DNA from: Candidatus Hermodarchaeum yapensis
GTDB lineage: Archaea > Asgardarchaeota > Hermodarchaeia > Hermodarchaeales > Hermodarchaeaceae
Direction: 5' to 3'
Length of the DNA: 64,000 nucleotides
Assembly: GCA_016840405.1 (NCBI GenBank)
Contig: JAEOSK010000006.1
Coordinates: 9,473-73,472, forward strand
Shown piece after piece: positions 28,033 to 37,382 of this stretch. The position numbers were made by a program, and so were the translations under genes. Each line of letters begins with the position of its first letter. Position 1 is the first letter of the stretch. The notes below the pieces were generated by a model. It searched no databases. It had not been told where the DNA came from and saw only the letters and a list, made by a program, of their open reading frames with translations.

Positions 28033-28779
28033 ATGACAGACCTTGACGAATTCCTCACAGCCATTGGACATCCATTACGCCGTCAAATCCTCGAAACCGT
28101 TTATTCTCATCCCGATATCTCGTATTCACAAATCCTAACTCGAGTAAATATTTCAAGTGGAAAACTGAATTTCCATTTACAGAAATTGGAACCTTTTCTA
28201 GCCCAAGTGGAAGGGCAATATCGCATTTCAAAAGAAGGATTGAAACTTTATCGCACGTGGCAACAGCTTGAAGGTCGATTAAGTGGTACTAAAACTCCAA
28301 AAAGTGAAAGACCAGGATTCTTCGCATTTCGTCGGACAATAGCGTTTTTCATTGATATTGCATTGATTCTGTCCCTTTTATTCATCGCAGCAGATGTATC
28401 TTCGCTAATTTTTGAACCCGCTTGGTGGCTCTGGAGTATACCAGTACCTGTTTTTTTAACGCGAATTATTGAGATGATGGTGTTATACCCTCCCGATTTG
28501 ACTGTAGTGTTAATCCGAGCTTTTGTACTAGCGATTTTGTGGATGTATTTTACAATTATGGAAGGGTATCGAGGGCAAACAATTGGTAAGATGATGCTTG
28601 GTGTTCAAATTATCCAAGTTGGTGGGGCTCGCATGATACCCCATGCTGCAGCCATTCGCGCCTTGACAAAAGTACTCATTCTTCCTTTTGATCTTCTTGT
28701 TGGTCTGATAAAATCGCGTAAAGCGGGTTTTCTCCGGTTCTTTGGCCAATATACTAGATCTTGGGTTATTCGAGCATAA
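28033..28779 (+). CDS. ArsR-like winged-helix domain fused to an RDD-family membrane domain
   Basis: N-terminus AIGHPLRRQILETVYSHPDISYSQILTRVNISSGKLNFHLQKL (wHTH). The C-terminal half has 3-4 TM helices with RRTIAFFIDIALI (RDD-like). Confidence 0.7.
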   Translation: MTDLDEFLTAIGHPLRRQILETVYSHPDISYSQILTRVNISSGKLNFHLQKLEPFLAQVEGQYRISKEGLKLYRTWQQLEGRLSGTKTPKSERPGFFAFRRTIAFFIDIALILSLLFIAADVSSLIFEPAWWLWSIPVPVFLTRIIEMMVLYPPDLTVVLIRAFVLAILWMYFTIMEGYRGQTIGKMMLGVQIIQVGGARMIPHAAAIRALTKVLILPFDLLVGLIKSRKAGFLRFFGQYTRSWVIRA

Positions 28780-28936
28780 GTGGTCGAGGACTACTACACG
28801 AATTTTTTACCGATTTCTTAGTTAACCGCAGTTTTCTAGATAGAAAACTAAACTTATCAGCTTCTTTAAATTCGCATTTTGAGAGGGAAAACTAACGAGC
28901 TTTATCAAACCCAAAGCGGTTTGGGTGAGCTAAAAA

Positions 28937-30322
28937 ATGAAACTAAAATGGAAAATTCTTCCCGCAGTGTTTCTAATGTTTGCATTCGTACTTCTCTCTC
29001 CAGCGACAACCCAAGCACTCCCCCCAGAAACTTATAATCCAGGCGATGAAGCAGCCATCTTTGACGGCCACACTTTCACTGAGGATTATTGGACCGTTGA
29101 GAAAACATTCACGGATGATGCAACTAATGATAGTGCAGAGATCATCATGAGCTACGTCAATTATGGTGGAACGGGCGGATTTCATGCAGCCCTATTAGCT
29201 CTTGGTGATGTTTATGACTACTCAGAAGACACCAACTCAACACTTCCTTACCAGTTGTTTGCGATGCACTTCACGACTCCGTCCGGTAAAGAAATCTTTG
29301 CTGGGGCAGTCTTTGCCTTCCTCTACGCTTTCAATGACAGTAACTTGAATTATGTTGTTGATGGCGCTGAAGAAAGATGGTTCCTTGTTCCCTTCGGTTG
29401 GAATGGTGGTAACCGCACAGCTGATCCTGTTGCTAGTGCCGTTGAAGTGACCAATCCTGAACCAGGACATTACCGATTTGGTGTGACTTACGAGAATCTG
29501 TACTGCCGAATCGTCATCCCCATCGAAACGGGGCTTGTCGAATTCTTAGCTTCTCTCCATCTTCCACTCTTCGAAGTGCAAATCAGTGAACTGACTTTCA
29601 CCTACGACATTGAAGTTGACACAGACACGGGTGAGATTACCGCAGAAACCTTCTACACTATTGGTCAAGTCCAAGCATTTTATGCCTTGGGTCAGACCTT
29701 CAGTGACTTTGCGGAAATCAACGCAGCTCTCACAAACGTCACCGTGGGGGCCGCTCACTTTGTGACGGTCTTTGGCTCCAACTATTGGGTCGAAGAAGGA
29801 ACAACCACTCCTATGCCAGCAGCGGATTGGATTACTGCCAACGTTACCACAGATCCTGCAGGCAATGAACGTGCATTTGCTGTAGGAGTTCGAGGTACAT
29901 ACGACCTCATCAACGAGACAGATTCCACCACTGTTGAATCAGGTCTACCTGCTATCAGTTGGATCTTCTCGCCAGTACTTAGTGACCTCCTCTTTCTTGC
30001 CTGGCAACTACCAATTTCTGCGGACTTTCTCTCCGTCTTCGCTTATGCAGTAAGTCCTACCCTACAGCTGTTCTATGACGGCCCACGCGATGTCTACGAC
30101 AATGCTAATACACTCTATGGAGCTCAAGCATTCTGGTACGCAATTGCCTTCCCACGTTTCGGCGGGTATCGAATCGAACACGACCCAGTGTACACCGCCT
30201 ATTCAAACATTGGCCAAGCAGCACCGCCTGGTATCCCTGGATTTCCATGGGAAGCCGTAATTATCGGTGTGGTTGCCTGTTTAACAGCGGTCTTCCTCGT
30301 GCGTCGCCGTAAAAAAGCTTAA
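28937..30322 (+). CDS. Secreted, sequon-rich surface protein with PGF-CTERM-like anchor, paralog B
   Basis: Signal peptide MKLKWKILPAVFLMFAFVLLSPATTQA. It shares blocks with paralog A (STLPYQLF..HFTT, WQLPISA, YR.EHDPVYTA.SNIGQ). The C-terminus is PGIPGFPWEAVIIGVVACLTAVFLVRRRKKA. Confidence 0.7.
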   Translation: MKLKWKILPAVFLMFAFVLLSPATTQALPPETYNPGDEAAIFDGHTFTEDYWTVEKTFTDDATNDSAEIIMSYVNYGGTGGFHAALLALGDVYDYSEDTNSTLPYQLFAMHFTTPSGKEIFAGAVFAFLYAFNDSNLNYVVDGAEERWFLVPFGWNGGNRTADPVASAVEVTNPEPGHYRFGVTYENLYCRIVIPIETGLVEFLASLHLPLFEVQISELTFTYDIEVDTDTGEITAETFYTIGQVQAFYALGQTFSDFAEINAALTNVTVGAAHFVTVFGSNYWVEEGTTTPMPAADWITANVTTDPAGNERAFAVGVRGTYDLINETDSTTVESGLPAISWIFSPVLSDLLFLAWQLPISADFLSVFAYAVSPTLQLFYDGPRDVYDNANTLYGAQAFWYAIAFPRFGGYRIEHDPVYTAYSNIGQAAPPGIPGFPWEAVIIGVVACLTAVFLVRRRKKA

Positions 30323-30480
30323 ACCACATAGTGGTGATCCGGTTCCAAGCATCCGTTCGTCCAGCGGGGTCGGGCGGATCTCTTCTCTTTTTTTCTTTTG
30401 TTGAGTGCGAGAACTGTTGATTTTCAATATGATTGGTAATTCGGAACGAATTAAAAGTAGATAAAATTAACAGTGTTAAC

Positions 30481-31176
30481 ATGCCTGTTCGTGAAATTAT
30501 CGAAATAGATGAAGAGCTGTGCAACGGCTGTGGGGAATGTATTCCCAATTGTGAAGAGGGGGCCCTGCAAATAGTCGACGGGAAGGCTCGATTAATTCGA
30601 GATGACTTATGCGACGGGCTAGGAGCTTGTTTAGGTCATTGCCCAACAGGAGCGCTCAAAATTATCCACCGTGAAGCACCAGATTTTGACCATGCAGCAG
30701 TTGAGGAACATTTGGGGAAAATGAAAACCACCGACTGTGCCTCCTGTGACGTGGTTGTGGATGCTTCTGCAGCCGAAACAGCAACTCGGATAGAAGGAAA
30801 AGTTGTGCCTATTGGACAACGCCAATGGCCCATTGCATTGCGATTGGTGTCAATCAAAGCACCCTTCTTCAAAGATGCTAGTCTGTTGTTGACAGCCGAT
30901 TGTGTACCCTTTGCGTACCCAGAGTTTCAACAGAAATATTTGCCTGGGAAAGTGTTAGTTTTTGGATGCCCGAAATTTGATGATGCTCAAGGATATGTAA
31001 ATAAATTGACACAGATTTTTCAGCAGAATGCGATTCAGAATGTAACTGTCGTGAAGATGGAAGTCCCGTGCTGTTCTGGGCTTCAGCGAATTGTGGAAAT
31101 CGCCATTAATCAATCTGGAAAAAAGATCCCAGTCGAAAACGTTACGATTGGATTATCAGGTTCCGAAAAAGCCTAG
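30481..31176 (+). CDS. 4Fe-4S dicluster domain protein with a Cys-containing C-terminal domain
   Basis: CNGCGECIPNC and CDGLGACLGHCP, with C-terminal FGCPKFDD...VPCCSG. ATG 30481 is preferred over the track start at 30433. Confidence 0.7.
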   Translation: MPVREIIEIDEELCNGCGECIPNCEEGALQIVDGKARLIRDDLCDGLGACLGHCPTGALKIIHREAPDFDHAAVEEHLGKMKTTDCASCDVVVDASAAETATRIEGKVVPIGQRQWPIALRLVSIKAPFFKDASLLLTADCVPFAYPEFQQKYLPGKVLVFGCPKFDDAQGYVNKLTQIFQQNAIQNVTVVKMEVPCCSGLQRIVEIAINQSGKKIPVENVTIGLSGSEKA

Positions 31177-31199
31177 ATAACGAAAATTAGAATAGTCGA

Positions 31200-31700
31200 C
31201 TATTCTGATTCTGCTCGTGTGCGTCCGAGGTCATCTACTGCGTGTTGGATCTCACCATAGGGTGGTTCTACCAAGGGATTATTCGTTATCCATTTCCATC
31301 GAATGAACCCTTCTGGACTGATTACGAATACTGCTCGTTTAGCTGCTGTGTAGTCTTTGAGTTTTCCTAATCCATCCTGGACGACATCATAGGCACGGAC
31401 GACTACTCGGTTGTAGTCACTAAGGATTGGGAACATGAGCCGGTTTTGTTCCTTGAAGGCGCGATTAGTGAAAGGATCATTTACACTGATAGCTAGAATC
31501 TGTGCATTCATGGATTCGAAGTTGGCTAGGGAGTCTCTGAAATGACATAACTCTCGTGTGCAGACTTCAGTAAAAGCGCCTGGAAAGAATGCAAGGACAA
31601 CAATTTGTCCTTTGAATTCTTTGAGTGTTCGTTGTTCGATGTCTGTATCATAGAGTTTGATTGGTGGGGCGGATTGACCAATTTGTAATCGTGAAGACAC
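31200..31700 (-). CDS. Peroxiredoxin (AhpC/TSA, Bcp-like)
   Basis: FFPGAFTEVCTRELC active-site region. GTG start. Confidence 0.85.
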   Translation of the reverse strand: MSSRLQIGQSAPPIKLYDTDIEQRTLKEFKGQIVVLAFFPGAFTEVCTRELCHFRDSLANFESMNAQILAISVNDPFTNRAFKEQNRLMFPILSDYNRVVVRAYDVVQDGLGKLKDYTAAKRAVFVISPEGFIRWKWITNNPLVEPPYGEIQHAVDDLGRTRAESE

Positions 31701-31839
31701 AAGTTTTCCTCCTAAACGGGATAATGCGCGTGTTTTGTCAAAAGCCTTTTCATAAGGAAACGGAAATACTCCACGGTCTTACTACGGGGTCTTTGCCTAA
31801 ACGCTTTTGAACGGGCAACCCCGCATCTAGGCGTAGTCA

Positions 31840-33267
31840 TTGGAGTTCTTGGAGGTAAATGGCATGCCACAACCAAAGCTAGGATTAATCACACCAAACG
31901 AGCTGGCTCTGTTTTTAGATTATTATGAGTTAACCAGTGCGAAAACCGACTTCGATTATGACAATCATGCCGTCGTCACGCAAGAATATTTTGTCAGACG
32001 GTTACCCTTTGGAAGCTACCTTGTTGCTACTGGCCTTGAACAAGTCATCGCCTTTATCATGAATCTGCGATTTGAAGAGAAAGATTTGGGATGGCTGGAA
32101 GCAACTTCAGGTCCGGATTTCAGAAATGGGTTCTTAGACTACCTCATGAACTTCAAATTTAGTGGAGACATTCATGCGGTGCCTGAGGGAACGATTGTCT
32201 TTCCAAATGAGCCAATCATCAATGTCACCGGCCCCACAATTGAAGTCCAAATTCTTGAAACGTATTTGCTTAACGTTATGAACTTCCAGTCACTTGTGGC
32301 TACGAAAACTGCAAGGATGGTTGACATTGCAGACCAGCGAACCATAGTGGATTTTGGCGCCCGACGCGCTCACGGTCGTGATGCCGCCATTCTTGCAGCC
32401 CGGGCAGCCTATTTAGCAGGTGCGACTGGTACATCGCTAGTATTGGCTGGTAAGAAATGGGGTATTCCGTATATTGGCACGATGCCCCATGCCTTTATCA
32501 TGAATCGTCCAACCGAACTTGAGGCATTTCGTGAATATAGTAAATCTTTCCCACATAACACCATTCTTCTGGTCGACACTTACGACTCGCTAGAAGGAGT
32601 GCGAAATGCCATCATTATTGGTAAAGAACTCCGAGACCAGGGATACAGATTGCAAGGAATACGATTAGATAGTGGAGATTTAGTGCCCCTTAGTTTTGAA
32701 GCCCGAAAGATATTGGACAAGGCTGGATTTGAAGATGTGAAGATTTTCGTAAGTAGTGATCTTGATGAATATCGAATCGAGGAGATGATTCGGGAAAAGG
32801 CCCCGATTGATGGATTTGGTGTCGGAACCCGGCTAGTTACAGGTGCTAACTTCAATCCCATTACCCGAGAGGGAGGAGTTTCAGCGCTACCAGGCGTGTA
32901 TAAACTCGTCGAACGCATCGGAAAAGACGGTCATGCTATTCCAAAGACTAAACTCAGTGCAGATAAGATTCTGGTACCTTATCGCAAGCAGATTAATCGC
33001 CTTTTAGACGACGATAGCCTGTTTAATCGTGATGTAATTTCAAGATGGGATGAGCCGATTGCTGATGCAGAACCCATATTGATCCCCATCATTGAACAAG
33101 GACGTCTAACATATAACTTCCCGACCCTAAAAGAAAGTCGAGCATACTGTACACAACAAATCAACCGATTACCTAAACCCTATCGATTACTCTCCGATTC
33201 CCCAATCTACCCTGTTAAACTCAGCCCTAAACTAGAACAAGCTAGTGCCTCCCTTCACAGTGAATAA
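31840..33267 (+). CDS. pncB: Nicotinate phosphoribosyltransferase
   Basis: YYELT...TQEYFVRR, GTMPHAFI, LVDTYD and GIRLDSGD motifs. It is convergent with the nicotinamidase gene. Confidence 0.85.
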   Translation: MEFLEVNGMPQPKLGLITPNELALFLDYYELTSAKTDFDYDNHAVVTQEYFVRRLPFGSYLVATGLEQVIAFIMNLRFEEKDLGWLEATSGPDFRNGFLDYLMNFKFSGDIHAVPEGTIVFPNEPIINVTGPTIEVQILETYLLNVMNFQSLVATKTARMVDIADQRTIVDFGARRAHGRDAAILAARAAYLAGATGTSLVLAGKKWGIPYIGTMPHAFIMNRPTELEAFREYSKSFPHNTILLVDTYDSLEGVRNAIIIGKELRDQGYRLQGIRLDSGDLVPLSFEARKILDKAGFEDVKIFVSSDLDEYRIEEMIREKAPIDGFGVGTRLVTGANFNPITREGGVSALPGVYKLVERIGKDGHAIPKTKLSADKILVPYRKQINRLLDDDSLFNRDVISRWDEPIADAEPILIPIIEQGRLTYNFPTLKESRAYCTQQINRLPKPYRLLSDSPIYPVKLSPKLEQASASLHSE

Positions 33268-33308
33268 TGTGTGAATTCTTCTAATGCTTCATAGCCTTAT
33301 TTCGAGGC

Positions 33309-33848
33309 TTATTTGAGGACGGATTTTGCGTCAGTAATTTTGGCACCATAATATTCTTTGAGATACGCTAATCCGGATTCATGATCTTCAGCTGTAAACG
33401 AGTCCACGCCATCTTCAGGAATGAGGATTTTGTAACCTCGAAAGAATGCATCAGCGGCCGTGTGCCGTACGCATAAATGGGTGTGGAGACCGGTCAGGAC
33501 AACCGTGTCAACTTTTCGACTTCGTAATACTGAATCCAATGGAGTTTCGAAGAAGCTACTGTATACGTGTTTTCCGATTACAATATCCTCTTCTTCAGGG
33601 GTAAGCTCGGGAATAACTTCGGCACCTTCTGTGCCTTCAATGGCATGGGGTCCCCACTTAGCCATTTCAAAATCAGTATCCAGATGGCTGTCATTGGCAA
33701 AGATCACTGGAAGTGCCTTTTTATGGAAACTGTCGATGAGCGTACGAATATTGGGGATAATTCGTTGGGCTCGGTCGCATTTGAGTGAACCCGTGACAAA
33801 GTCATTTAACATATCGATGATAATTAGGGCTTTCATTGTGCTCAACAC
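33309..33848 (-). CDS. pncA: Nicotinamidase / isochorismatase-family hydrolase
   Basis: ALIIIDMLNDF, a Lys-containing middle segment and a TGLHTHLCV catalytic-Cys segment. Confidence 0.85.
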   Translation of the reverse strand: MLSTMKALIIIDMLNDFVTGSLKCDRAQRIIPNIRTLIDSFHKKALPVIFANDSHLDTDFEMAKWGPHAIEGTEGAEVIPELTPEEEDIVIGKHVYSSFFETPLDSVLRSRKVDTVVLTGLHTHLCVRHTAADAFFRGYKILIPEDGVDSFTAEDHESGLAYLKEYYGAKITDAKSVLK

Positions 33849-34001
33849 TGTTTAGATTTCTCTGTGTTAAAAGAGTATTGAACTAATTAAAAAAAATCGG
33901 AGTCAGAAAACAAGGAGGATGGTGTGCGAAGTTCACTACAAATATAAAGCAGAAGTATTATCGCTTGCATCAATTTATCAAAATTATAGAAGTGATGATA
34001 C

Positions 34002-34496
34002 ATGGAAATTAGCAAAGAGCTTCAAGAAGCAATTAATGATCAACTTAACTTTGAACTTTACTCAGGCTACATCTACCTTTCGATGGCAGCCTATTTCGAA
34101 TCCATTAATTTGAATGGCATGGCTCACTGGATGAAAATCCAAGCTAGTGAAGAATACGAACACGCCATGCGTTTCTGGGAACATATTTCGGATCGTGCAG
34201 GACTTGTGATTCTTAAAACCATTGAAGGTCCAACCAGGGAATGGGATTCGCCCTTGGCTGCATGGGAAAATGCCTACGAGCATGAGAAGATTGTAACGGA
34301 ACGTATCTTCAAGATAGGAAAACTCGCAGAGAAGTTGGGTGATAAATCAGCTATTCCATTGCTCAATTGGTTCTATGAAGAGCAGGTTGAAGAAGAAGAA
34401 CAAACCCAAAAAGTAGCCGATCTTCTTCGCATGATTGGTGATAATCAAGGCGCTTTATTCATGCTTGATGGTCGGCTTGGAAGCCGAGAAAAATAA
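34002..34496 (+). CDS. Ferritin (non-heme)
   Basis: LNFELYSGYIYLSMAAYF and SEEYEHAMRFWEHI ferroxidase-site segments. Confidence 0.9.
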   Translation: MEISKELQEAINDQLNFELYSGYIYLSMAAYFESINLNGMAHWMKIQASEEYEHAMRFWEHISDRAGLVILKTIEGPTREWDSPLAAWENAYEHEKIVTERIFKIGKLAEKLGDKSAIPLLNWFYEEQVEEEEQTQKVADLLRMIGDNQGALFMLDGRLGSREK

Positions 34497-34601
34497 TCCC
34501 TGCATTTCTTCATTCACCAATAATCCCACAGTAATTCGAAAGCCTTTATAGAAAAGGCATCCCTATCGTTTTCCAATCACTTGACTTGAGGTGATAGGAC
34601 A

Positions 34602-35018
34602 ATGGCGAGTAAAAAGCTCATAGATATGTTAAACCAAGCAATCTCAATGGAGCTTCAAGTTAGTATCCAATACATGTGGCAACACGTTCGGATATATGGA
34701 ATGCATTCAGAATCAGTAGGTGGCATCCTCAAAGAAGTTGCAATAACCGAGATGAAACATGCCGAGGAAATCGCAGAACGCGTAGACTACCTCGGTGGAG
34801 AGCCCACAACGAAACCAGCCCCCATCACTGTTGGAAAGACACCTGAAGAAATGCTCAGCCTTAATAAGAAAGCAGAAGAGGGGGCAATCGCCTTCTACCG
34901 AGAAATCATCAAAACCGCATCCGATGAAGGTGACATCGTCACACGAAAACTCTTCGAAGACATCTTGGCAGATGAAGAAGACCATCACAACACTTTCAGT
35001 GGACTCTTAGAAAAATAA
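34602..35018 (+). CDS. Bacterioferritin-like ferritin-fold protein, tandem copy 1
   Basis: ELQVSIQYMWQH..., EMKHAEEIAERVDYLGGEP and ADEEDHHN (di-iron ligand pattern E/ExxH). Confidence 0.85.
   Translation: MASKKLIDMLNQAISMELQVSIQYMWQHVRIYGMHSESVGGILKEVAITEMKHAEEIAERVDYLGGEPTTKPAPITVGKTPEEMLSLNKKAEEGAIAFYREIIKTASDEGDIVTRKLFEDILADEEDHHNTFSGLLEK
34743..34810 (+). repeat. 68-nt tract identical to 35181..35248 (inside tandem bfr-like copy 1)
   Basis: ataaccgagatgaaacatgccgaggaaatcgcagaacgcgtagactacctcggtggagagcccacaac occurs in both copies at the same gene-relative offset (438 nt apart). Confidence 0.9.
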
Positions 35019-35039
35019 CATGATGGAGCACGGATCAAA

Positions 35040-35456
35040 ATGGCTAGCAGGAAGCTACTTGACCTCTTAAATAAAGGAATCGCCCGGGAATTACGAGTGT
35101 CAGTTGAGTACATGTGGAACCACGTAAAGATAGCTGGAATGGAATCAGAATCACATGGAGATATATTCAAAAAAATCGCGATAACCGAGATGAAACATGC
35201 CGAGGAAATCGCAGAACGCGTAGACTACCTCGGTGGAGAGCCCACAACTGAACCAGATCCAATTACAGTTGGAAAGACTCCACGTGAAATGTTTCAAATC
35301 GCTCTCGAAGCAGAGGAAGGAGCGATTAAACTCTATCGAACCATAATCAAACAGGCTGATGAAGAGCAAGACTTTGTCACCCGTCGCTTGTTTGAAGGAA
35401 TTTTAGCTGATGAAGAAGACCATCACAACGTGTTTCTCAAACATTTGAAGAAGTGA
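35040..35456 (+). CDS. Bacterioferritin-like ferritin-fold protein, tandem copy 2
   Basis: Same length (138 aa) and motifs as copy 1, starting 21 nt downstream of it. Confidence 0.85.
   Translation: MASRKLLDLLNKGIARELRVSVEYMWNHVKIAGMESESHGDIFKKIAITEMKHAEEIAERVDYLGGEPTTEPDPITVGKTPREMFQIALEAEEGAIKLYRTIIKQADEEQDFVTRRLFEGILADEEDHHNVFLKHLKK
35181..35248 (+). repeat. 68-nt tract identical to 34743..34810 (inside tandem bfr-like copy 2)
   Basis: Direct comparison of the two genes. The flanking sequence is clearly diverged. Confidence 0.9.
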
Positions 35457-35466
35457 TCCACCATTG

Positions 35467-35510
35467 CAGTTGATGGTGAAATCCCACTCAACTGCCATTC
35501 CTCTTTTTCT
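35467..35510 (+). terminator. CAGTTGA-(14 nt)-TCAACTG hairpin followed by ctctttttcttcc
   Basis: 7-bp inverted repeat 10 nt after the stop of bfr-like copy 2, then a T-rich tract. Confidence 0.4.
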
Positions 35511-35568
35511 TCCACTCCAACTAGCATGATGTTTATTGACACCATTCCTGTGAATTGGTCAACGATTT

Positions 35569-36492
35569 CTAAAATCCGAGGATTACAAGCCAAATTCCTA
35601 GCACAGTAAACAGTGTTCCCAAGAGAATCAGTGGCGTAATTTTTTCTTTCAAATAGAAGATCGCCAAGGGAAGGGCAAATAAAGGAGCTGAAGCAGCAAC
35701 AACTGAAGTAACAGCCGCTCCCGTAATTGCCACCGTGGAAACATACAAAAGTGAACCTATACCCATTCCGAAAAACCCAGCAACCAGTACGATTTTTGAT
35801 GCCCGTTTAGTCGGCTTTGGCATTCCACGCTTACGAGCAATGAGAAATATCGGAAGAAGAAAAAGCGAACCAACCGTGATTCGAATCAGGTTGGCATCGA
35901 TTGGATCCACTCCAATTAGACCGATTTGCAGAATCACAGTTGCCGTCGCCCAACAGAACGCCGCGAGTACCGCGAGGGCTATACCGATTTTATCCCAACT
36001 TTTCTGAACCTCAGATTCCAAACTTTGTGACGCTGCTTCTTGTTTTGCCTGTTCTCTCGTGATGAGGCTCACTCCTACTACCGCAAGAAGAGCCCCTGCA
36101 AGTCGGATAATTCGTAAGGCTTCACCGAGAAAGATGATAGAGAACAAATAGGTGACAAGGGGAAAAATCATGGCAATTGGAAATGCTCGCGAAACGCCAA
36201 TACGCGACTGGCTTGTTAGATACATCAAGTCACCAAGTCCCGCTCCAAATATGATTGACCCAGCCAGAAAAGGAATTGAAGTGAGGGGAACGTTGAACCC
36301 CGTTGGGTAGAGCAGAAGAAATACAGTAACAAATATGACTGGAAGCGCAATCCACATTTTGAATGCATTGATTGCTGTCGGTTGGATTTCAGCACTCTGT
36401 GATTTATAGACAACATTAGAGATACCGAATAGCGCCGCTGCTGTGATTCCCATGAAGACACCAGCAAGAAAAAGCTCGGGAGGCACTGCCAT
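35569..36492 (-). CDS. EamA/DMT-family transporter
   Basis: 307 aa, about 10 TM helices, with two-fold internal repeat organisation. Confidence 0.75.
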   Translation of the reverse strand: MAVPPELFLAGVFMGITAAALFGISNVVYKSQSAEIQPTAINAFKMWIALPVIFVTVFLLLYPTGFNVPLTSIPFLAGSIIFGAGLGDLMYLTSQSRIGVSRAFPIAMIFPLVTYLFSIIFLGEALRIIRLAGALLAVVGVSLITREQAKQEAASQSLESEVQKSWDKIGIALAVLAAFCWATATVILQIGLIGVDPIDANLIRITVGSLFLLPIFLIARKRGMPKPTKRASKIVLVAGFFGMGIGSLLYVSTVAITGAAVTSVVAASAPLFALPLAIFYLKEKITPLILLGTLFTVLGIWLVILGF

Positions 36493-36641
36493 AATGAACT
36501 ACCAACACTTTCACAATAATTCCTATAGAGACTCTGATGTGTGGTTTTAGACTAAAAGTTGTGTCCATGTTGCAGAGAGGCAAGTTTTTTGAAGAGGATG
36601 TGAACAAGGTGGGTACACTTTGGAACTGGAGGTGCCCTCCA

Positions 36642-37199
36642 ATGTACCCAATTGACATCCTACTTGAAGAACACAAATTGGTTGACAGAGTTTTCGAAAT
36701 TATTGAGAAGGTCCGCGATAAGCTTGAGGATAAAGAAGAAGTACCTGCCACCGTTTTCTGGAAGATCGTTGATTTCATTCGCGGTTACGCTGATGTGATA
36801 CATCATAGCAAAGAGGAAGACATCTTATTTGATCAAATGCGTGAGCACGATGAGGAACTGTCAGACGATGTACAAGATAACATCGCTGTCCTCATTGAAG
36901 AGCACATTGAAGGTCTTGACTACGCCAATGAGATGCACAAAGGCATCCGAGCCTATCGGCGTGGAGATCCCGATGCTCGGGAAGAAATACTAGATGCAGT
37001 GAATAATTATCTCAAGATTATGAAACCTCACTTTAAGATGGAAGAAGACGACGTCTTTCCAGCAATGGTGGGTGTTCTTAGTAAAGAAGAGAAAGACAAG
37101 ATGAAAGCTGATTTCGAGCGATTCGACGAGATCTTGGGTGGTAAGGAAGTTCATAAACGCTACGCCAAAATTGTTGATGAGCTGGAAAAAGCGTTTTAA
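36642..37199 (+). CDS. Hemerythrin-like (HHE cation-binding) domain protein
   Basis: MYPIDILLEEHKLV..., HHSKEEDILF and EEH segments. A GGAGGTG RBS lies 8 nt upstream of ATG 36642. The track ORF starts at 36537. Confidence 0.8.
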   Translation: MYPIDILLEEHKLVDRVFEIIEKVRDKLEDKEEVPATVFWKIVDFIRGYADVIHHSKEEDILFDQMREHDEELSDDVQDNIAVLIEEHIEGLDYANEMHKGIRAYRRGDPDAREEILDAVNNYLKIMKPHFKMEEDDVFPAMVGVLSKEEKDKMKADFERFDEILGGKEVHKRYAKIVDELEKAF

Positions 37200-37382
37200 C
37201 CAGTTCTAATTCCAGGAACCATACGAAAGGAAGACTTGATTCTAGAACCAAGTGATAATGACATGTGTGCCTTGTTTTTTCTTTTCTGGAAGGCGGCTAG
37301 GAGCTTTTTATTCATTCTATAAGAGAAAAGCAAATCTTTTTCGACCAAACCGCAGTTAGTAGTGGATTAACACTTCAACACT

